A stretch of 61,931 bases of DNA, counting the filler, from Hausera hauseri (lineage: Eukaryota): assembly GCA_046269625.1 (NCBI GenBank). It is 10 parts of 10 records of this genome, joined end to end, with 100 filler letters (N's around TTAATTAATTAA, not from the genome) between each part and the next. Parts side by side here need not be neighbours in the genome. Positions count along the whole stretch, not along the records: positions 43,905 to 53,158 come from JBJURY010416588.1; positions 53,259 to 57,397 come from JBJURY010738654.1; positions 57,498 to 61,931 come from JBJURY010583556.1; 7 more parts are not named here. One strand, given 5' to 3'. The position numbers and the translations under genes were made by a program. Below the pieces are notes generated by a model. The model was not told the origin of the DNA and searched no databases. It saw only the letters and a list, made by a program, of their open reading frames with translations. Numbering within the stretch: the stretch's first letter is position 1; the number at the start of each line of letters is the position of its first letter. Positions 49,421-59,646 of the stretch are shown here, one piece after another.

Positions 49421-50449
49421 ATGTGAACAGAAATGAAGCCAGATACCAATAAAAGTCCTGTTCAGCAATAGGCTCGGTGAGGAACAGGGATACAATTGGA
49501 ACCACTCAAAGTATGATAAATAAAAAAAATAAATTGTCCATACACCTTGAGGTGCGTAGGGGCGTGGTTTCAAGGGCCCCACTAAAACTCACAACAGATG
49601 GCCAGTCCAAAAGTATGATAAGAAAAACTTAATCTCAGCAAAGAAACAGCAAAACCACAGACAAATCCGGATTGACGAGCGTAGCAGAAAAATCAAGAAG
49701 ATTTAACGAATGCAACAAGTATAAATAACCTGAATGATGTATTCCGTAACTCAGAACTACCAGACCCCACATGTCATTGAACAAAGAACATATAAGTCAA
49801 GTTATGAAGTGGAACAGCAACACCAAAGAAGAAAAGTTCAGAACCAAACCCAAACACCCACCCCAACCCAGAGCTTTTTGCAAGACCAAAACCCAGTCAA
49901 ATCCATCCCAATCCAAGTACTAGTCAGTCCCTCCCACCCACAATAACACAGAGGTAACCCACAAATAGAAAGCTAATACAAAGAACGAGACCAAGAAAAA
50001 ACCAACGGAGTCGCCATAGAGAAAATGTATTACAGGACATCCGAGAAAGATTATGGGAACAGATACGAAGGAATGGGATACCATTCGTAGCAAATGAAGC
50101 ACAAAGAAACATGAAGACTATAGGACGAACGGTATGCCAAGACCACCATGGAAAACTAGAGTTAACCATAAGACTTCCAACGCTCACCATAGAGATTACA
50201 GAAGCGTTCATAACGACATGCAGACAGATATGCCATACAACCCGAAGAATAAGTTATTAGATCCGAAAAGATGGCAATCCCCGTGAATGTGGGACCCAAG
50301 CTTCAATATGGGGACAGGGATGCATCAAAGCTTTCACAGCCAGCCTCCAGTCAACAAGGTGAATGCGTCCATCTGCACAAGTCAAGAAGGATGACCAAGC
50401 GCCTGCTGCCAAGAGAAGACAACTCGCAGTTACAGAGGCATAAATCCAT

Positions 50450-51600
50450 CCATCTATACCAAGATAAAAGTTTGAAGCTCTTCACAAGTTCTTCGAGAGA
50501 AACAAGCAAGATACAATTATAAAAAAAAAATTCTTTCAGAAAACTCTCCCAAATATTCCGAAATTGGCTCTCCAATTACCAGAACATTGTCTAAAAGCTT
50601 TCCCGATTCTAAAACAACACACCAATATGAAAATCACTTTGAGTCAGCAACAGGTTGCATGTCTTTTTAGCAAGTGCATTCGTATGCACATTCCCTAAAC
50701 ATAACTACAGACCGAATTATCGGCGACTACCAGAAATTAATTTTGTGAACATGAACAGGGGTCAACATGTTGAACAGAAAATAGAAAAGCTCTAGTGCAT
50801 TATCAACAATTTTCAAAGAGTAACTACTGATATGCCGAATCGAGCAGTGACATACGCGCGTCAGAAAGTATCAAAAGGCGAATTCCAAACCAAGACAAGT
50901 AAGACGTTCACTAAACTCCAGATGTCAACAGAGGGAACTATTGAAGATCAAGGGAGAGGAATGCTACAAGAGAACTTTACGAACAAAAATATAGGTGGAA
51001 GTATACTTGGACACGGTATACCACAAGAAGAGATTTGCCTTTTGATCTGTCCTTAGATGATTTTGCACGACTGTTCACAGAATCATTGACAGAGAGTGAT
51101 GTCCGTATCACAACAGGATGCGAACGCTTCAACAATTGCGAGGGATACTCGAATATGTTCAAGTTTAAAGGCAATTATGAAGACACAACAGAACGAGATG
51201 ACCAAGGTAAAAGATACACCGAAGTAGTAGCTATGGATGCACTATTTATTAAAGATTTTAAGACCCAATTTAAGAAAGATAGCGTTCTTAGAGAACTGTA
51301 TAAAGCTTACTGTGCGTTTAAAGGAATGAACAAATCAGCAGTGTGTACAGGAAATTGGGGTTGTGGTGCATTCAGAGGTGACAAACAATTAAAAGCTAGC
51401 AATTAGTTAATGTCACCGAGCGCAGCAGGTAGTGACACTTATCTCACATTCGGCGGTGCTAAATTCAACGACGCATTACGACAGTTACACAATATCCTCA
51501 TAGAAGGAAAAGTGAATATACAAAGGCCTTACCCATGATTGAAACCTATAACAAACATCTGCGTTACGTAGCAGTTAACCAAGAATCTTTATTCCACTTC
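50450..51600 (+). pseudogene. PARG: Poly(ADP-ribose) glycohydrolase catalytic domain, downstream of gag
   Basis: TLPNIPKLALQLP, ITLSQQQVACL/LASAFVCTFP, EINF, EKL*CI, GTIED, NFTNKNIGGSILGHGIPQEEI (QEE 51024-51032), GCERFN, EVVAMDAL, RELYKAY, TGNWGCGAFRGDKQLK. Confidence 0.93.
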
Positions 51601-52151
51601 ATCATCAAGAATATAGAAAGACAACGCAAGAAAAACTTGAACATCCAAGAAATGAGGTCCGATCGTGATGTAGTAGAAACCAGAAATACTGAGTCACTGA
51701 GAAGCCTACAACATGTCGAGATGCAGGTAAATGAACAAGAATCCACATTAGACAGAATGATGAAAGCAGACACGTCTATGGAAGCAGCAGCAGTTGAAGA
51801 AGTCACGACACGGAAGAACGATATAAAGCCGAAATACAGATAATGGAATTACGAGTGAAAGATCTTAACGATGAAATCAATATATACAAAGACAAGTGCG
51901 AAGATGCAGCAGCAACGAATTTATGTTTAGCTAACGAATTAAAACAAGAGCAAGAAGATAAAAAGCAAACCAAAGAACTCAGTGAGACATTACAAAGAAA
52001 AATATGTACATTACAAAGCCAAATAAAGCAGATTGAAACACAAGACTTGAAAAGCAACGAAGTTGAAAGAGAACTCAAAAATGTGGATGCAGAATTAATC
52101 AACGAACAACACAGTCACTTGAAAAATAGTGACGCGTCAGGATTGCCCTGA
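51600..52151 (+). pseudogene. Coiled-coil continuation after PARG
   Basis: E/K/Q-rich heptad-like ORFs 51535-51843 and 51843-52151. Confidence 0.55.
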
Positions 52152-52529
52152 TTAGTCATTCTCGCACTCATCGTTCCATTTCTCCCGCCCTTCCTACTTC
52201 TAGTGACTATCCCTCATGATTTCATTGACTCCTTGGTGAAGAACATGGTCATCATCTGTTAGGTGGACGAACAACATTAGTTATTATACTGTATTAGCTC
52301 TATCCCTCTTGTCCGTGGCACACACTGATGTTATATTACATAGGTTTATAGGACAACGACCATCGTAATGACGGAGGTCATGGTTGTGACAAAAGAAATT
52401 CTCTGGCTTCACCCGCCGGCCTATAATCATGTTTGCATTTTCAGTGACTTCATGAGCATACCAACAAACATCGAGACTGGTGTTGTGCGCTGCGGTGGTT
52501 CACCTCTTTCATGTGGTCAGCGCCTGGTA

Positions 52530-52870
52530 GTTTGGCTTTCATTTTTTTCGCGTGGGTACGCAGGGTTGGCAGGTAACGAACGGGCTGACAAGAAAAGCAG
52601 CAATTTCATAGGAAGGAGCAATGGATCGCTTTGGCGTCAATTCTGCCTTAGGAATATTGGTAGCACAGAGGGGTCAAACATCACACACATACTCTATGAA
52701 CATGTTAATGGAGCTTGGCGTGAGGAGAGGAGAGGCCAGGCGAGAGTATTTCGCTGGTGAATAGAGAAGGGTGGTGAACCAGCACGAGAGGTTAACATGA
52801 ATACTCTGGAGCTTCTGCTGGGCCGAAAATCGTAGCACCTACGGACGTGTCCAGCGTGCAGTGATGATGA
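52530..52870 (+). mobile_element. Non-LTR retrotransposon RNase H / 3' end remnant
   Basis: GYAGLAGNERADK resembles the GHxGxxGNExAD RNase H motif of LINEs. Confidence 0.5.
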
Positions 52871-53603
52871 CACTACTAACTTTTGTTTGTTTGGCATTCG
52901 GACAGGTCCACCTGTTTTCCTTCCCGAAGAGCAGACGGGTACTAGGCACGTGACAAGGCTTATCATCGTGGCGTCCGATTCCATGCGTTGCGCAGCCTTT
53001 TTGAGTGCACCCTTCAGCTGGGGCTCCACATTTTTTTTTTTTGCTTTGCCATTAGTGTTTAAGGACCCGTGCAGCCGTCTTCGGCACAGTCTAGGCTTTT
53101 TTAATTGAACCTCCACCATAAGATAGGGACAATCGGTAGGAGCGGCCAAGGGTATCTCNNNNNNNNNNNNNNNNNNNNNNNNNNNNNNNNNNNNNNNNNN
53201 NNTTAATTAATTAANNNNNNNNNNNNNNNNNNNNNNNNNNNNNNNNNNNNNNNNNNNNGTCGCTATTTTTAGCCGCATACGGGAGATTGGGAGATTGAGC
53301 GAAGTACCCGTGACCAGGGTAAACTGCTTTTTTCACCTATAAAACTCCATGTATAACCCGGTCGGAGTTGCGTTAGTTTGAATGGATGTACTGTTTCGTC
53401 TTGATATGTTAATAATTAGTTTTAACTAAAGACTTGGTGACACAGGAGGTTTCGTATTCTGGTGCCAATCGATGGAAGAAACAATTTCTTTGATATCAAC
53501 AAGTTAGCAGCGGGTTTTCCCGTTTTCTTAATTCTTTAATCACTTATGAAAGAAGTTACCAAGGGAAACCATGTATGCTAGACGTTCCTTAAATTTCTAT
53601 ATA

Positions 53604-54841
53604 CAGCGTGCGTCATACGTTTTCATACAAAGTTTGTTTGTATTCCAAAGATAACGCAGAGTTGGCTGCATGCCAAATTTGCATGCAATAATACTATTGG
53701 AGATTGGTGTGTACAAATATATTAAAGATTTGTTGTTTTCATTTTTAGTTGCGAAATGGCATCGATAGAGAGGTGCTGTAATGGAGTTGGTAAATCTTGG
53801 ATATTCAGTTTCACATATTTTAAGTTGTTGATGCCTGATGGTTATGAAGGTGATTTCATCTACCGCGCTATCAGACATGATACGGAGATTTTAGGTATTG
53901 CTGATAACAAGCGCAGTGGCCGCCTACGTTGTATCCGTACAAAACAATTGATCCGAAATGTGAAGTCGCGAATAGCACGTCAGCCACGTTGTTCTGAGAA
54001 AGTTGGCTACAAATGTGTGTATCGGAATGAACAATGCGGCGTGTTCTCCAAAAGGGCCTTCGCTTGATTCCACTTAAAATGGGAAAACGTCAATTTCTCA
54101 GTGACCAAAAAAGGAGAAATGTCAAGCATTGATTGATCGGTTCATAGATAACATTGTGGACAGCATACATTTTTCGGATGAGAAACTTTTCAACGTGGAA
54201 GTCAAATAAAAATATGAGAGTTTATGGTAAGTGTTAAGGCGTTGCCTGAATGTGCTAACAAAATTCTGCGTACCTCCCACCCAGCATCAGTAAGACATCG
54301 CTGGTGTCTGTCAATCAAAGTGTCAAACTCCGCCAAGACAATTACATAAGTGATATACTCATACCTCATCTATTACCTCTTGGTGCAACTATGTTCTCCA
54401 GTCGACCATGGTGGCTCCAGCAGGATTCGGTGCCAAAGCCAAACGTACTCAGTCATGGTGTCGCGATTATTTATCCGGATTCATTACATCTGTTGAATGG
54501 CCTTCTTCTTCCCCCGATTTGTGTCCTTTAGATTACTTTGTATGGTCCAGGCTATAGCAGATGGCTTGTGCTAAAAACCACAAAAGCTTGCCAGCGCTAA
54601 AACGTTCCCTTCTAAAGACATGGCAGGAGTTACCTATGGACGAAGTGCGTGTTGCGATACACGACTGGAAAGACAGGCTGAGGGCATGTGTCCGAGCTAG
54701 ATGCAATCATTTTGAAAAATAACTAGAGTTTTACATAAGGTACTTTATATGGTGTCATTTCATGTATTATTTTCGTTAGCTAATATAATTTGTGTAAAAT
54801 GTGGTGACATTTTGATGTATGAGAACTTATGATGCACGCTG
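53604..54841 (+). mobile_element. Full-length Tc1/mariner-superfamily element (probably maT/DD37D type) with decayed transposase
   Basis: 26-bp TIRs CAGCGTGCGTCATACGTTTTCATACA / TGTATGAGAACTTATGATGCACGCTG, each flanked by TA; RSGRLR, FSDEKLF, QQDSVP, WPSSSPDLCPLDY. Confidence 0.93.
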
Positions 54842-55044
54842 TAAATGTCGTTTGATTTCAATGTAAGACTTGCAAAACGCAGATTTTGCGCTGGATTCAA
54901 ATGTGCCAACTATTTTTGCCATTATTGAGAAATTTTGTATTATCAGTACTTCCAGCATAAGTGGTTCTCCAACATGAGACCACTGAATATATGCAGTCTT
55001 TCGTGTTTATGTATGACAAATCACTTATACAGAAAGTGTCGTAA

Positions 55045-55127
55045 TACTTGATGTAGGGGATCAGGTGCTGGTACGGAGGGAATGCGGAACAAAGGAGAAA
55101 GACAAATACGAAGGTTTCTACGACGTT
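55045..55127 (+). pseudogene. Short integrase GPY/F-tail fragment, inverted relative to the adjacent pol
   Basis: VGDQVLVRRECGTKEKDKYEGFYDV, homologous to 13975-14055. Confidence 0.6.
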
Positions 55128-57397
55128 TATCCTTCGAGTCTTGCTTTTCTGCATTTTGGCGTCGTCATGTTGCTGGAGACATTGGCTGCATGTTTCGCAA
55201 CTCGTGCGAGATAGCATATCTGTGTTCGCATGATCTGTGCCTTTTCTGTACTCCAGGTTGATGTCTAGACTGGATAGGTAGTTGATCCACGTCTGAAATT
55301 GGGCTGTTATTGGCTTTTTTATCTTTACCATGAACGTTATCGCTTTGTGGTCCGTTCTTAATGTGAACTGTTTTTCGTATAGGTAATGGTTGAAATGTTG
55401 ACAGAAATAATTCATGGCCAGTAGTTCCTTCCGAGTTATACAATATCCTTTTTTATGGTTGTTCGTTGTGTGTGATGCGTACGCAATCACTCTCTTGCGC
55501 CACAAACTATCCTTCTGTGACAGTACCGCTCCAATTGTGTCGAAGCTTGCGTCCGTATCGAGGATACATTACCTGCTGAAGTCAGGGACACCTAGTATTG
55601 GCGGTGTGGCTAAGGCTCTTTTCATTGACTCGAAAGCCTCGTTATATTGCTCTGTCCATATCAGTTTCTTGTTATTCAATCCGCATACTTGCTCCAATGT
55701 CTTGGCCTTTGTTGCGTAACCTTGTATAAATCTTCTGTAATAGTTGCAGATCCCTAAGAAGCTTCTCGAATTCTTGACACATTTTGGTTTCTTATAGGAC
55801 TTAATTGCTTCCATTTTTGATAAATTTGTCTGTATCCCCTTGTCATTCACTATGTGCCCTAAAATTTTTACATCCTTCTTAAGTATGTGACATTTCTCTG
55901 GGTATATTCTGAGACCTGATTGCGTGATCCTCTGCAATACCTTTTCTAGTATCCTATAATGCTCTTCTAGAGTCTTAGAGATGATTAGTATATCATCTAG
56001 GTATAGCACGTTTTGTTCAATATCCCCTAGAACTTTATTCATTAGTTCCTGTAAGGTTCCCATGGCTGCTGCTATACCAAATGTCATCCTGTTGAAACAG
56101 ACCTGTCCTAATTTGGTTGAAAATGCCGTCTTCAATTTGGAGTCCTCCTCTAACTCGACTTGATAGTATTCATTCCCTAAGTCGATTGACGTGAAAAACG
56201 TGGTCCCGTATAACCTGTCCAATATTTCTACCACATTAGGCATGGGGAAGGCCTGCCGTTCCGTTATAAGATTCAGCTGTCTGAAGTCCAGGCATATTCT
56301 GACATCGTTCTTGTCTTTCTTCCATACTCATATCATTGGTGTATTCCATGCTGCGTTACATGGCTTGATAATGTTGTTTTCCCATAGGTTTCGGATGGTC
56401 TCGTCGATCTTTTTCTTTAGGTTTACTAGTTGCCTGTGAGGTTTGATATTAATCGGCACTCCTGTCGTGTCTATTCGGTGTTTGATGAGAGATGTGCATC
56501 CTATGCCCCACTTGTCGGCCATGAATTCTACTGGGTATTTTTGTATAATGTTGAGTAGCTCTTTGTTGTCACTCACCTGAAGAGCTTCCTTCGCACTTTT
56601 GTCTCGTTCTTGGTTAATCACCTTACGGCCGAACTTGTCTTCCAGGTTGCATATATCTTGATGTAATATCTCTGTTTCCATGCGCTTCCATCCAAGTTCT
56701 ATTCCGAATGCATTTTGCAGGTCCACACCACATTTTATTTCTGGGCGTAATTCCGACACTACCAGAAATGTCACACGTCTCCTTAGACCCTTGATTTATA
56801 CGTCTGTTGTAAGTGTGCCCAGGCAATCTAAGGGGCTATTATTGTCACATCGTAGTGTGGTATCTGATTTCTCTATGTGTGTGTGTTTGCAAGTTTATCC
56901 ACGATCTTCTTGCTTAAAACGTTTACCTTGGCCCCCGTGTCCAATAAGCAATCTTCCCATCGGTCTTGTATCTTTAATTTGATTGCTGGTCGTCCATTAA
57001 ACTTCCTGTATGATACCCGTTCGACATACAATTCGTCTAGCGTGAAGATCTGCGCATCGTTCTCACTTTCCTCCATTCCGTTGATGGATACATCCTGAAA
57101 ATTTGCCGTTTTCATAAATTTCCGTACTTTTTCCTTTGTCCTTTTATCCATCATCATATCTCCGTGTCTCCTTCTTCTTGATCCGTCTATACTGTTTGAT
57201 ATACTACTACTATTATACATAACGATCTTTTGGGAACCTGAATCTATTGTAGTGCCCCGATTTGCTCCACTTATATCGAGGCTCTGCCTTTTGGGACAAC
57301 TGACTCCTGTTCCGATTCTGTTTCTTCTTCGTCTAAGTTTGCGACAAACCCCCGTCTTCTGTTTAGATTATCCCTGTACTTTCTTTTCACTTTGTAT
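55120..57397 (-). pseudogene. pol: Ty3/Gypsy gag end-protease-RT-RNase H
   Basis: CLLDTGAKVNV, CLDFRQLN, SIDLGNEYYQV, KTAFST, LYLDDIL, DTDAS, YCITRKELLA, RTDHKA, HANTDMLSR. Confidence 0.95.
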
Positions 57398-57756
57398 NNN
57401 NNNNNNNNNNNNNNNNNNNNNNNNNNNNNNNNNNNNNNNNNTTAATTAATTAANNNNNNNNNNNNNNNNNNNNNNNNNNNNNNNNNNNNNNNNNNNNCAA
57501 GTCTCGAAAAAGTAATTTGTAATTTACAAATTTTTAAGGATGTTTTGAAAACTTTGTATTATCTCTCACCTACAACAATCTCTACATTGAAAGAGAAAAG
57601 CCGACATAACAAAATCATTTTTATTATTAAATACAATCCTATAGCGTTACTAAAAGCTGAATATTATCTTACAAATCATGAATAAAATGTGACTTTTCAT
57701 CACAATCATTCTCCTTGTGAGTTGTGAGTAGTAGTAGTAGTAATTAATCATGAGCT

Positions 57757-58993
57757 CGTCGTCATCGTACACGACTTTTTACAAAACAAAACGAGATTTT
57801 GACATTTTAACAATGCGTTTTTTCGGTTCGTTCGTTCGTCCGTCCGTCCGTTCGTTCGTTAGTTCGGTTGCACATTTTTAACACACCCCGATCCATTGGT
57901 CTGATCGTTAGGCGGCTATATAAAATGCTCAACTACTGATGGGCTGCGTGCTCAACCCATTTCCACAACCAGCAGACTTGAACAATGGGAAATTTTTAGA
58001 ATTTGAAATTTCCCCATCAATTTTTCCCAATGTTCCCATGGTCAGACAACGTTAAAATTGTGTGCGCATTCAATTCCCCGACATTGATTTGACATTTGCA
58101 CCGAATATTGCGCAATTCATAACTCGTGTCTCGTTTCTCATAAAATATTTCCTGTTTTGCTTCTTTTGCTTCTAGTGTTGCCCAGTAAAATTTTGGACTC
58201 TTGCCGCACCTGAAAAATTTTCTCCATTCATCGAGCTCTACCGATTTCCATCGGTGACATGTGCAACATGTGACATGTGCTTCCGGCTGGGGTGTCTCCG
58301 ACCGCAAAACATGAAATGCTCAGAATTGCGAGATAGGTGTGGGAAACTAGGTTCAAGGTCCATCTGAGCACTTTTTGGGAAGTGAGGACGAAATAACACT
58401 TCTACCTACTACACTGATTTTGACTTTAACATTGCGTTTTTTCGATGATGATGAGTTTGACTTTTTAACAATGCCTTCGTTCTTTCGTTCGATTGCATTT
58501 TTCATCTCGATCCATTGGTTTGATCGTGAGGTGACTATAATATGAAATTTTCTCCATCTTATGGGCAATGTATTAGACCAATTTCCATCACCGGCAGAGT
58601 TGAACATGGCGAAATTTTACCCCTTTGAAAATTTTCCATCGAATTTTTCCCATGTTTCCATGGTCTGACCGACTTGCAACAGTGTCCAATGCAATCGCCG
58701 ATATCGATTTATCCCTTGTACACATTTTCTCAGTGCTAGCATTTCCTGTTTTGCTTCTTTCTCTTGTAGCACTTCTCCCTTACATTTTTCGTATACCCAA
58801 CCTATATTAAATTTTGCTCACCTCGTCATGGGCTATCGAAATCACATGGTTCAAAGTCCATTGCTCGACATCCTTTTCGGCCAGGAGGTCATCCGAAATT
58901 TTTAGTGAAATATTCAGAGTATCCAATCAGGTGGAGAAAACTGGTCGACGGACCAATCAGAGAAGTGATGCAGAACGCTCACTTCTACCTACT
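57757..58993. repeat. Two tandem, diverged copies of the Polinton terminal region (57757-58410 and 58440-58993)
   Basis: Shared blocks with 19958-20573 (TTTTAACAATGC, GCAGACTTGAACA, CCATGGTC, GAAATGCTCAGA) and the common end TTCTACCTACT. Confidence 0.75.
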
Positions 58994-59270
58994 TGTATTT
59001 CTTGTCGAAAGAGTAAAATTCAGAAAAGAAATACAACATGTAGCTTGTTTTTCATGAGCGGAGATTGCGTGTTTATGGCCCATTTGTCGGGCGTATTTAA
59101 GTCATTGGTAACAATTTCAAATATTTAAATAAATTAAATATTGGACATTCTACATAAATATGAGACATATTATTACATAGATTTCGAAACGAATACCCTT
59201 TGGGATTATTTCGTTTGAAAAAATATTCTGAATACACGACATATTCGGGAGAGCAATAGGGAAATCTTAT

Positions 59271-59646
59271 AAGGAACACTCAAGAACTGTAACAAATCAA
59301 ATTGACTGAAACTTTGCCAAAATGTTCATTGTGATTGATTAAAAGTATGACAAAATTTTTTATCAGCGGTAATTCATTTGATTAACAGAAAATTTTAATT
59401 GAGACATTATAATATTTTTAATATTGACTAAATTTTGATCAACAAATCCTTTCCGAAGCCACAAATATTTACTAAACTTTTTGTAAAGCGTTCGGTAGCT
59501 TCTTGGACAAATTTTAATAAAAATTTGTGGCTTCAATTACCGTGAATTACCGCAGCTAAATTTTGGCCATATTTTTAATAAATCACAATGAATGTTGTAG
59601 CACACTTTCAGTCAATTTGGTTTGTCACAGTTTTTGAGTGTTCCTT
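59271..59646. mobile_element. Foldback MITE with ~105-bp imperfect TIRs
   Basis: AAGGAACACTCAAGAACTGTAACAAATCAAATTGACTGAAA... mirrored by ...TTTCAGTCAATTTGGTTTGTCACAGTTTTTGAGTGTTCCTT; inner palindrome GAAGCCACAAAT/ATTTGTGGCTTC. Confidence 0.85.
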
